From: Alphaproteobacteria bacterium
GTDB lineage: Bacteria; Pseudomonadota; Alphaproteobacteria; Rs-D84
DNA length: 32,778 nt
Assembly: GCA_017618595.1 (NCBI GenBank)
Contig: JAFZTZ010000103.1
Span: forward strand, 1 to 32,778
Reading direction: 5' to 3'
In this document: one piece after another, positions 12,778 through 20,872 of the stretch
How positions within the stretch are numbered: position 1 is the stretch's first letter
Layout of the letters: each line of letters begins with the position of its first letter
Notes under the pieces: generated by a model
Told to the model about the DNA's origin: nothing
Database searches by the model: none
Seen by the model: only the letters and a program-made list of their open reading frames with translations
Position numbers and translations under genes: made by a program

Positions 12778-13452
12778 TTATTTTGCATCTATCTGCAGGC
12801 CTGGACCCTGGGTTGTTGCAACCGCAATACCCAAGATATATTGACCCTTGCATGATGCAGGTTTCACCTTTTTCAATTGGTCAACCAACGCATTTGCGTT
12901 TTCAACCAATTGATCCGTTGTAAATGACAATTTGCCAATACCTGCGTGGATGATACCATTCTTTTCCGCACGATATTCAATTTGTCCCGCTTTGGCATTT
13001 GCCACCGCTGTTGCGACGTCTGTTGTAACAGTTCCCAATTTTGGATTTGGCATCAAACCCTTAGGCCCCAATACACGTGCAACCTTGGACATCTTTGGCA
13101 TCATTTCTGGTGTCGCAATAACGCGATCAAAATCGATTTGACCGGCGGCGACTTTTTCGATTAAATCTTCGCCACCAATGACATCAGCGCCTGCCTTTTT
13201 GGCTTCTTCCTGTTTATCATTGGTAAATACTGCGACGCGAACCTTTTTACCGGTACCATTTGGCAAAGACAACATTCCACGAATGTTTTGATCTGCCTTG
13301 GTTACATCAACAGAAAGGCGAACCGCAATTTCCAACGTTTCATCAAACTTTTTTGAACCATATGGACGCAATGCTTCGATAGCATCTGCAAAAGAATATG
13401 TTTTTGCGCGATCCAAATCGGCCCATGTTTTTTGTCTTTTTGTAATTCTCAT
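12778..13452 (-). CDS. rplA: 50S ribosomal protein L1
   Basis: KFDETLEIAVRL, LPNGTGK, LGPKGLMPNPKLGTVT, IHAGIGKLSF. Confidence 0.99.
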   Translation of the reverse strand: MRITKRQKTWADLDRAKTYSFADAIEALRPYGSKKFDETLEIAVRLSVDVTKADQNIRGMLSLPNGTGKKVRVAVFTNDKQEEAKKAGADVIGGEDLIEKVAAGQIDFDRVIATPEMMPKMSKVARVLGPKGLMPNPKLGTVTTDVATAVANAKAGQIEYRAEKNGIIHAGIGKLSFTTDQLVENANALVDQLKKVKPASCKGQYILGIAVATTQGPGLQIDAK

Positions 13453-13455
13453 GGC

Positions 13456-13887
13456 TTATTCCTCCACCTTTACGCCCATTGAACGGCATTGACCCGCAAC
13501 AATGTTCATTGCAGATTCAATGGTAGAGCAATTCAAGTCCGGCATTTTATTTTCAGCGATTTCTTTAATTTGCGCTTTGGTAATTGTGCCAACAAAATCA
13601 CGGCCTGGTTTATGAGAACCGATTTTCAATTTCAACGCCTTTTTAATATAGTAAGAAACAGGTGGCAATTTCATAATGAATTCGAAACTGCGGTCTGTAT
13701 AAACAGTAATTATGCACGGAATTGGCATACCTGGTTCTTTGTCAGACGTTTTGTCATTGAATTGTTTGCAGAATTCGGCGATATTAACACCCGCCGCACC
13801 AAGCGCCGGCCCAATTGGAGGCGCAGGATTTGCCTGTTTTGCGGGGACAACAAGTTTCACGATCCCCTTAAGTTCTTTTTTTGCCAT
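13456..13887 (-). CDS. rplK: 50S ribosomal protein L11
   Basis: [28 protein letters not shown]. Confidence 0.99.
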   Translation of the reverse strand: MAKKELKGIVKLVVPAKQANPAPPIGPALGAAGVNIAEFCKQFNDKTSDKEPGMPIPCIITVYTDRSFEFIMKLPPVSYYIKKALKLKIGSHKPGRDFVGTITKAQIKEIAENKMPDLNCSTIESAMNIVAGQCRSMGVKVEE

Positions 13888-13917
13888 TTTCTAATCCTTT
13901 TTTTGTTTTTTTGGATT

Positions 13918-13945
13918 CGTGGTGCGATGTGGCGCATCTACCACG
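13918..13945 (-). promoter_or_regulatory. Possible L1-binding leader hairpin upstream of rplK
   Basis: The - strand reads CGTGG-TAG-ATG-cgcca-CAT-CGCA-CCACG: two stems with an asymmetric internal loop, placed where L1 autoregulatory sites occur. Confidence 0.4.
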
Positions 13946-13989
13946 GTTGTTTTGTATGCCTTACACATACCCGCCGATTTTCTAATCGG

Positions 13990-14523
13990 TTAAACTCTTT
14001 CGACCTGTTCAAAGTCCAAATCAACGCTTGTTTCACGACCGAAGACCAAAATTGTAACGGTCATTTTTTGTTTTACGTTGTCAACTTCGGACACGACGCC
14101 GTTAAAGTTCGCAAATGGCCCATCGATGACATGGACTTCTTGGCCAACTTCGTAAACCATATCGTCTGGAACGGTGCTGCCCTCTTCTACCTGTTTCAAC
14201 AAGCGACGTGCTTCTTCTTCGCTGACCGCGACCGGTTTTTGACGCGCGCCAAGGAACATTACAACCTGGGGCATTAATTTCACCAATGAAAACGTTTCAT
14301 TGTTCATAACCATTTGAACGACGATATAGCCTGGGAAAAACTTTTTTTCTGTTTTAACGCGTTTACCTGCCTTGATTTCTGTAACTTCGCGTGTTGGAAC
14401 CAATATTTCACCGAAATATGCATTCAGGCGACGTTTATCAATTTGTTCGCGCAGATTACGGGCAACTTTGTCTTCGCATCCCGTATGAACATTAACGACA
14501 AACCATTGCATTTTATCTTCCAT
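13990..14523 (-). CDS. nusG: Transcription termination/antitermination factor NusG
   Basis: WFVVNVHTGCEDKV, KKFFPGYIVV, KOW motif VIDGPFANFNGVV, VFGRETSVDLDF. Confidence 0.98.
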   Translation of the reverse strand: MEDKMQWFVVNVHTGCEDKVARNLREQIDKRRLNAYFGEILVPTREVTEIKAGKRVKTEKKFFPGYIVVQMVMNNETFSLVKLMPQVVMFLGARQKPVAVSEEEARRLLKQVEEGSTVPDDMVYEVGQEVHVIDGPFANFNGVVSEVDNVKQKMTVTILVFGRETSVDLDFEQVERV

Positions 14524-14546
14524 CTATATTCCCTTTGGCAAACGCA

Positions 14547-14726
14547 TTAGAAAATCCAACTAACAAGTGCATTTAATATACTGTCGATTACAAAGAAGAA
14601 CAGCGCTGCGATACCCGAAAACACCAAAATCATAATTGTTGCACGAACGACTTCGGCGCGGGTTGGCCAAACAATTTTGAACCACTCGCTGCGGACACCA
14701 CGTATAAAATCCAGTATTTTTTTCAT
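14547..14726 (-). CDS. secE: Preprotein translocase subunit SecE (single TM, ATG start assumed at 14726)
   Basis: VRSEWFKIVWPTRAEV motif plus one TM helix; lies between tRNA-Trp and nusG. Confidence 0.95.
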   Translation of the reverse strand: MKKILDFIRGVRSEWFKIVWPTRAEVVRATIMILVFSGIAALFFFVIDSILNALVSWIF

Positions 14727-14779
14727 TAAACGCACCAATTACCTTTGTTTTTATAAATTCGGTTGCATTCCACAAGATG

Positions 14780-14853
14780 TGGCAGGGGCAGAAGGAATCG
14801 AACCCTCATCCGCGGTTTTGGAGACCGATGTTCTACCATTGAACCATGCCCCT
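14780..14853 (-). tRNA. tRNA-Trp (CCA)
   Basis: AGGGGCA TG GTTC AATGGTA GAAC A TCGGT CTCCAAA ACCGC GGAT GAGGG TTCGATT CCTTC TGCCCCT G CCA: cloverleaf, encoded CCA, G73, upstream of secE. Confidence 0.97.
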
Positions 14854-14943
14854 GGAACCCCAGGATTTTCGCATCCTTGGCCCGAATACATTCCGATATT
14901 CTGCGACAGGTTAGCACATATTCGCAGAAAATCAAGTGCAAAT

Positions 14944-14972
14944 ATTATATTTTTTTTAATAATTTAAAGCAA
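14944..14972 (-). promoter_or_regulatory. Putative sigma70 promoter of the tRNA-Trp/secE/nusG operon
   Basis: TTGCTT-17 nt-TATAAT on the - strand, preceded by an A-tract. Confidence 0.65.
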
Positions 14973-15094
14973 GTGTTTTTTTAGTGGGAAATGGTTAGTG
15001 AAAAGTGGTTAGTGGCTGGCGTAAAAACCGCTTTGATTATTTACCAATTACCAACCACCCAAAAAAACAATTTTTTTAGCAAAAAAACACTTGC
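14969..15094. repeat. 14-bp perfect inverted repeat enclosing a second TTAGTGG heptamer array
   Basis: GCAAGTGTTTTTTT (14969-14982) and AAAAAAACACTTGC (15081-15094). From 14981: TTAGTGG GAAATGG TTAGTGA AAAGTGG TTAGTGG...TTTACCA ATTACCA ACCACCC. Confidence 0.75.
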
Positions 15095-15120
15095 ATTGGG
15101 TGTCTGTTTTTTTCTAAACT
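15091..15120 (+). promoter_or_regulatory. Putative sigma70 promoter of the virB8-9-10-like operon
   Basis: TTGCAT-18 nt-TAAACT, preceded by an A-tract; GGGAG RBS follows. Confidence 0.4.
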
Positions 15121-15147
15121 TACCTTAAGTACAGGGAGAGTTATGTC

Positions 15148-15807
15148 GTGCAAAGCCGCGTAGAACCGCCAATTTTACTATCCAGATTACTGATGTTCGT
15201 GTTCGCTGGAACCGTCGTGGTGCTGTTTGCGCTGTTCTTGACGTTGGGAAAAATGTTCCCACTAAATCGGCCAAATGTGTTCTTCATAACCACGCGTCCG
15301 GCAAATTCTACGATTATTCAAATATCTGAAATGCCCGCAAATGACGAAAATATGGAACTTTACAAGCGCGCATTTGTTATGGAATATGTCCGCGCACGTA
15401 ACGAGGTCGAACACAATGTTTCGTTTATGCGCCAAAAATGGAAAAATGGCGATGGCGGTGTTATCGCCGAATGGTCAACCCCCGCGGTTTACCAGGCGTT
15501 CACTCGCACCGCAATGGTTAACGCCATCAACAGCGATATCCCAGATTTTGAATTTAACTGTCCGGTTGATATAATTGGAACGCCGCGTGCATTTCGTGCC
15601 GATAAATATACTGTGCGTATGCGTTATTATTGTGCAGATAATAGTGGACAAACCCCTGTAAAAGATTATACGATTTATGTTGGGTTAACGGTTGCAGATC
15701 AGGCCCAAATAGAATGGACAGAACGGTTGGATAATCCGTTGGGACTGAAAGTTTCAGAATACACCGTCGAAGGTGGCGTAGATCCATTGGATGCGGTGCA
15801 TAGGTAA
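15148..15807 (+). CDS. VirB8/TrbF-like type IV secretion inner-membrane protein
   Basis: GTG start after GGGAGAG; one N-terminal TM helix; FVMEYVRARNE helix and C-terminal RLDNPLGLKVSEY (VirB8-family NPxG motif). Confidence 0.8.
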   Translation: MQSRVEPPILLSRLLMFVFAGTVVVLFALFLTLGKMFPLNRPNVFFITTRPANSTIIQISEMPANDENMELYKRAFVMEYVRARNEVEHNVSFMRQKWKNGDGGVIAEWSTPAVYQAFTRTAMVNAINSDIPDFEFNCPVDIIGTPRAFRADKYTVRMRYYCADNSGQTPVKDYTIYVGLTVADQAQIEWTERLDNPLGLKVSEYTVEGGVDPLDAVHR

Positions 15808-15832
15808 TTAAATAGCGCAAAGGAAAGGAAAG

Positions 15833-17374
15833 ATGACGTTGTTAAAATTATTGAAGTTAAAAGTATCGGTGGTTGGTGTTATCTGCGCCATATTTACAAT
15901 GAACGCAAATTGTGCGACCAACTATGGCATACAAAGTGCATGGGATAATCCAAACGCCAATATGGCCACAGGCAGCGTGAAACCTGGATACACCCAATTG
16001 GCATGGGAAACGGGAACGGTATTACCGATAAAACTGCGTAATGGTATGGTTACGATGGTTAACCTGCCGAATGGCGAACAAATCGAAGATGCCGTTGTTG
16101 GAAATCCTGGGCTGTTTTCTATCGAAAGCCAACAAGGTACGCGCACAATGTATATCACACCGGCCCCAGACAATATGGGATCCGATACTAACTTAATCGT
16201 AACTGGGAAATCGGGCAACATTTATACTTTATATCTGCGCAGCGAACCATCCAACGCGGCCGATATTACATATTCCCAGGTTGATATCGTTTTGGACGGG
16301 AATGCGCGCATCGCGGGCATTGCACCTGCATCTGCCGGCGCAGCCAGCGGTACAAATTCTATATTCAAAAAATCCGCACCAAAAAGCAATACTGTTGGTG
16401 TCGATGGTGAAGATTACGGTTGGATAAAAACAATGAAAATTGATCCATCCGAATTCCGTTTCGATTTGGATATATTCGTTCCAAACCCGGATGATTATGT
16501 AATTGCACCGGAACGTGTATGGCGTGATCGCGTATTCACATACATTGATTTCGGTGACAAGGTTATTTCTATGACACAACGTCCGGTTGTTTCATTGTTG
16601 GTCGAAGGTGGCGAATCCCCGGTTGGTTTCCGTACCGATGGCCAAGATGGGCGTCTGTTAATCGTAGAAGCCGTTGGCGATATGGTTCTGCGCAGCGGTC
16701 AACGCATTGTATGTATTAAAAAGCGTTCAAAACCGTTCTTGATCGCCGATACTGCAAGTGTTATGGCCCTGGCCGAAGCAAATGTCGCCCAGAGCATGTT
16801 GTCAGGTCAGTCATTGAACAATGTTTTGTATAATTCTAACCAAACTGCAATAAATTCTGGTATGGGGGGGTATACCGCAAGCCCAATGCAGATCGGTAAC
16901 TATGGCACGCAACCAATGCCGATGTCAATGCCGGCACAAAATGGTGCAATGATAATGAATATGTACGGAACCAGCGGCGGTTCATCAACAAACCTGACCA
17001 TGTTACCGACCGAAAGAAATACCGCCGGTTCATATTTACCGCAATCTAATATTCCGCTGATATCCAGCAACCAAAACGGTGTTGCCGTTGAACTGCGTTC
17101 GGATAAAAGTGTCAAGGCATTAGATGATTACTGGGCGGAATTGTTGGCCAAATTTAGTGGCAACGACGGCAAAGGATTACTGACTAAATACAAAGACAGC
17201 GTATTCTATGCGGTTGATGAACAAGGTGTTGGCGAATTAGGTTCAACATCATCGGCGGCACGTCTGTATCGTCTGCGTATTGGTCCAATGCCAGATATTG
17301 ATACGGCACAACAACTGTGCGACCAATTGTTGAAGTTCAGCGGTGCCAGTTGCCAGGTCGTAAGAATCCAATAA
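15833..17374 (+). CDS. VirB9/TrbG/CagX-like T4SS protein with C-terminal SPOR-like domain
   Basis: Signal peptide; N-domain (MVTMVNLPNGEQIEDAVVG...TNLIVTGKSGNIYTLYL); C-domain (PERVWRDRVFTYIDF...PVGFR...VLRSGQRIVCI); low-complexity linker; LYRLRIGPMPDIDTAQQLCDQL...CQVV. Confidence 0.82.
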   Translation: MTLLKLLKLKVSVVGVICAIFTMNANCATNYGIQSAWDNPNANMATGSVKPGYTQLAWETGTVLPIKLRNGMVTMVNLPNGEQIEDAVVGNPGLFSIESQQGTRTMYITPAPDNMGSDTNLIVTGKSGNIYTLYLRSEPSNAADITYSQVDIVLDGNARIAGIAPASAGAASGTNSIFKKSAPKSNTVGVDGEDYGWIKTMKIDPSEFRFDLDIFVPNPDDYVIAPERVWRDRVFTYIDFGDKVISMTQRPVVSLLVEGGESPVGFRTDGQDGRLLIVEAVGDMVLRSGQRIVCIKKRSKPFLIADTASVMALAEANVAQSMLSGQSLNNVLYNSNQTAINSGMGGYTASPMQIGNYGTQPMPMSMPAQNGAMIMNMYGTSGGSSTNLTMLPTERNTAGSYLPQSNIPLISSNQNGVAVELRSDKSVKALDDYWAELLAKFSGNDGKGLLTKYKDSVFYAVDEQGVGELGSTSSAARLYRLRIGPMPDIDTAQQLCDQLLKFSGASCQVVRIQ

Positions 17375-17398
17375 TATAATGTCGGGGAAAATCATATT

Positions 17399-19840
17399 AT
17401 GGGAAAAATAAGTCAACATTTTTCAGATTTTCGTAAATCTACGCCCAAAGCGGTGCTGTGGTTGCTGTTGGTGGCGGCGTTGGTTATCGTCGTTATATTG
17501 TTGCTGTTGATTCTGGGAAATAAAAACAGCAAAAAGATCATCCCCGATACCGATGTTATTCCCGAAACCCCAGAATTGCGTTTTGAACCAAATGCACCAA
17601 TAGATTGGTCAAACACTATGGTTGGCGAAACACGCACCACCGAAATTCAGGTCTATTCCAATGGACGTGTGCAAATTACTGATATCGTTGTCCAAGTTGA
17701 AGACGAAGACGATGACAAGGTTGGTTTATCAACGACTACAACATGTACAAATGAACAAACATTTGTAACCGCGGATACGCCATGTCAGATTACGTTGAAT
17801 TATGAACCAATGCATGCGATGCCACGCACCAATATCGGTGTTGTGATTAAATGGACATCTGTGGATATGGGGCCAGAACCAATCGAAACGAAAAACGCAA
17901 TTACTGGTGTAATTAGTGCAAACGAAAAACCAAAGCCCAAGGTGGAACAAAAACCAGAACCAGAGCCCGTGGAAGAACCTGATGATTTCGATGATGAAGA
18001 TTTAGATGACGACGAAGAGGATTTTGATTCTGATTTCCAAGACGATATTAATGACATTGTGCCACCTGCGGATTTTGCCACACAGCCAATGCCAACAACC
18101 CCAACTGCAACATCGGGCAAATACCGTTCACCATTTGGGAATGGATGTTCTGATTTCTCGTTTCCGGGATATAACACCGCCGGTATACAAAGTGGTTGGA
18201 TAACCCCCAAGGGCGGCGCATATTATTATCATCCATTTTCTGATACAGAATGCAAAAATGCAACGGGCATTTATAATGCGGACACCGGGTACATTATGGA
18301 TATAACAAACCCAACACGTAAAATTGGTTCTGATGTTGAACATATTCGTTTAACACCCCAAGAACGCATGCCATCATTAACCGTGCGTGGCGGTTCTAAA
18401 CGTGCCGGCGCATCGCGTTCATATCAATTAAGTGATGCAGATTTGGGTATTCAAAAGGCGTCCCCAGGTGAAGTAGCTGCAGCCGATTTTAGTCAAGACG
18501 CGGCGTTTCACATCAAAATGAAACCGCACAAGAAAACAAATGAATTTGTCGGCTATGATGATGGTGATACGGTGTATTCCACCCTGCCCTATGACAGATC
18601 ATTTGTTCTGCGCCAATATAAACCAATTCCGGCAACAATTGTTTCAGATATTCAGGCCGATACAAAGTTATTGGAAAGTGGTTTGCCGGTGCGTGCAACG
18701 GTTGATCGTAATGTTTATTCTGATAATGGGCGCACCGTTATAATTCCAACCGGAACATTGCTGTTGGGACGTGTTGTTGGCGACCTGCCTGGGCCATATA
18801 AGGCCGTTGGCCGTATGGAAATAGAATGGTATCAATTTATCCGTCCGGATGGTGTTGAATTCTCGTTCAGTGGGAATAATCCGTTTTCTGGCGATTCCCA
18901 AGGGCGCAAGGGCGTTCCGGGCCACGGCAGTACCGATTATATTCAACAATTTGTTATGCCAATGCTGACCGCAATTGTTCCGGCGGCGGTAAATATGATT
19001 GCACCAATATCTGATGCATTTGTTAATCAAATCGATTTGGATAACAACACCGTTGTACAAAGTGGCACGGTGCGTTCATCTGAACTGGCCAAGAACGAAA
19101 TTATTACTGCATGGAACAATGTCGCAACGAAATTATTGGTTGATATGATGGATAATACAACACCACCGTTTTCTATTGCGGCCGGTACACGTATTACCGT
19201 ATTTTCACCTGTTGATTTGGTTATAACCTGTGGTGATCCAGACAGCGGTGATACACGTCATTGTGCGGTTCATGAACCTGCAAAAATTAAACGCGGGTCT
19301 GTGTCCAGAGAATTCCGGGAATCTCAAAACATGGAAGAGCTAATTGGTCAGGTTCGTTCATTAATGCAATCATCTATTCAGAAAGAATGCTGTGATTGCC
19401 AAGACAATGAATCCTGTGTTCCTATTACCGACGGCACAGGTAAACCAAAGTGCAGCCAATATAGTTTTGCAACAATCGATTTCTATTGCCGTTCATTTGG
19501 TACATACCAGGCCAAGAATAATGCGAAACAAGAAGCATTGTTTGAGAACCAGAAGCAACAGAGTCAAAATCTTACAAAAGGCAGCGTAGAATATAATACA
19601 CAGGTTCTTGGACTTAAATATGACGAAGATGGAAATATTAAAAATCCGTTTGAAAAAGAAAAGAAACCAAAGCCCGAAGCCGCAGCCCCCGAAGAATCTT
19701 CGGTTGTTACATGTGATGGTGGTGCGAACCCTGATGCAAACGGTTGCTGTCCGGGTGAAACATTAACCGATATGGGTGAAGATGGAATGAATTGCTGTCC
19801 GGATGCAGGTGGCGATTGCTTCCCACCAATTGAAATGTAG
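17399..19840 (+). CDS. VirB10/TrbI-like T4SS core protein with large N- and C-terminal extensions
   Basis: N-terminal TM anchor, Pro-rich and acidic linker, TrbI-type core (IPATIVSDI...PVRATVDRNVYSDNGRTVIIPTGTLLLG...GDSQGRKGVPG...IAAGTRITVF), Cys-rich tail; order VirB8-9-10. Confidence 0.85.
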   Translation: MGKISQHFSDFRKSTPKAVLWLLLVAALVIVVILLLLILGNKNSKKIIPDTDVIPETPELRFEPNAPIDWSNTMVGETRTTEIQVYSNGRVQITDIVVQVEDEDDDKVGLSTTTTCTNEQTFVTADTPCQITLNYEPMHAMPRTNIGVVIKWTSVDMGPEPIETKNAITGVISANEKPKPKVEQKPEPEPVEEPDDFDDEDLDDDEEDFDSDFQDDINDIVPPADFATQPMPTTPTATSGKYRSPFGNGCSDFSFPGYNTAGIQSGWITPKGGAYYYHPFSDTECKNATGIYNADTGYIMDITNPTRKIGSDVEHIRLTPQERMPSLTVRGGSKRAGASRSYQLSDADLGIQKASPGEVAAADFSQDAAFHIKMKPHKKTNEFVGYDDGDTVYSTLPYDRSFVLRQYKPIPATIVSDIQADTKLLESGLPVRATVDRNVYSDNGRTVIIPTGTLLLGRVVGDLPGPYKAVGRMEIEWYQFIRPDGVEFSFSGNNPFSGDSQGRKGVPGHGSTDYIQQFVMPMLTAIVPAAVNMIAPISDAFVNQIDLDNNTVVQSGTVRSSELAKNEIITAWNNVATKLLVDMMDNTTPPFSIAAGTRITVFSPVDLVITCGDPDSGDTRHCAVHEPAKIKRGSVSREFRESQNMEELIGQVRSLMQSSIQKECCDCQDNESCVPITDGTGKPKCSQYSFATIDFYCRSFGTYQAKNNAKQEALFENQKQQSQNLTKGSVEYNTQVLGLKYDEDGNIKNPFEKEKKPKPEAAAPEESSVVTCDGGANPDANGCCPGETLTDMGEDGMNCCPDAGGDCFPPIEM

Positions 19841-19862
19841 AGAGAATTAAATAAACTTAACC

Positions 19863-19890
19863 AAACCGCCATCATGGCGGTTTTTTTATT
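19863..19890 (+). terminator. Rho-independent terminator of the T4SS core operon
   Basis: AAACCGCCA-tca-TGGCGGTTT followed by a T-tract. Confidence 0.85.
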
Positions 19891-20141
19891 CAAAAGGATT
19901 GTATATGACATAGCATGAAAAATATCTTGGCCACAAAAAATACAGGGAGAGGGCGTTGCATTTTGCACGTCTTTTTTTATCAAAAAATATAATTGAACAC
20001 GATTCGTGTGCGAAAGAATAAAATCATTAAACGAATCGCAATTCAACGAATCTATTCAATTAAAAGTTGTAATATTTAATTTAGTCAATTGTATAGTTTT
20101 ATATAAAAATATGACGAAATAATAATCAAAGGAGAAATTTA

Positions 20142-20486
20142 ATGACAGATACCCAAACAAATTATACACCCGAAAAATTTCAAAACGCCGAACAATTGTG
20201 GTTCTGGTTTTTATATTCAAAATCTGTGCGCAATGATATTGGGGTGCACCAAAATAAAACATCCACGCGCAGAATTTGCGAATTGGTTGATGTGGAAACA
20301 TTAATTACAAAATTATATTTATGCGGGAAATTAAATGATGCGCATCTTGCCATTCTAAAGGAATTTGGGGATCGGCATCGTGCACCACACCAATATATAT
20401 GGCGCGAAAATCATGCGGCGGCTATTTGGAATTCTGCGATGAGCATCATTGAAAATGCCGCACGTGAACGTGGTTGGATAGAATAA
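20142..20486 (+). CDS. Hypothetical protein (F-x-x-AEQLWFWF motif)
   Basis: AAGGAG RBS with ATG; 114 aa; resembles, from recall only, an uncharacterised alphaproteobacterial family. Confidence 0.7.
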   Translation: MTDTQTNYTPEKFQNAEQLWFWFLYSKSVRNDIGVHQNKTSTRRICELVDVETLITKLYLCGKLNDAHLAILKEFGDRHRAPHQYIWRENHAAAIWNSAMSIIENAARERGWIE

Positions 20487-20506
20487 AAATAAAATGGAGT
20501 GTAAAG

Positions 20507-20842
20507 ATGGTTATAATTGCATTTGCACCGAAATCTTCAAAAATTTTACCAAATATTTTTTGCAAGAAATTTAAACATTGTGCAGTAATTGTGAAAAATC
20601 GAAATGAATTTTTGATGTACCAATTTATATCACGAAATCATATAGACATTATCAAAATCAAATTGCGTGATATTCGTATCTTGGGTCAACACGGATGGCG
20701 ATTCGTTTATATTCCATGCAATATACCATGCGTGTTTCCAATAAAAACATGGACATGTGTAAATTTGGCGAAATATGCAATTGGGTTGCGCGCACCATTT
20801 GTGCAAACACCGGATGCACTATATAAAAGGATTTATGATTAA
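20507..20842 (+). CDS. Hypothetical protein, possible permuted papain-like/NlpC-P60-type hydrolase
   Basis: GGAG RBS before ATG 20507; FKHCAVIV...TWTCVNLAKYAIG...QTPDALY gives His before Cys and a terminal TP-x-x-L. Confidence 0.6.
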   Translation: MVIIAFAPKSSKILPNIFCKKFKHCAVIVKNRNEFLMYQFISRNHIDIIKIKLRDIRILGQHGWRFVYIPCNIPCVFPIKTWTCVNLAKYAIGLRAPFVQTPDALYKRIYD

Positions 20843-20872
20843 AAAAAGTCCGGCATACGCCGGGCTTTCTTT
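20843..20872. terminator. Bidirectional terminator between convergent genes
   Basis: A-tract, AAAGTCCGGC-atac-GCCGGGCTTT, T-rich tail. Confidence 0.7.

Noticed and set aside
12626-12853. 75-aa ORF overlapping the rplA end and rplJ leader
   Set aside because: It overlaps rplA out of frame, and the region is explained by the L10 leader RNA.
19847-19860. TTAA-N6-TTAA as a CtrA box
   Set aside because: The spacer is 6, not 7, and it lies just before a terminator rather than in a promoter.
14780-19890. T4SS genes as an ICE integrated at tRNA-Trp
   Set aside because: They lie on the 5' side of the tRNA; no integrase, relaxase or att duplication is seen.
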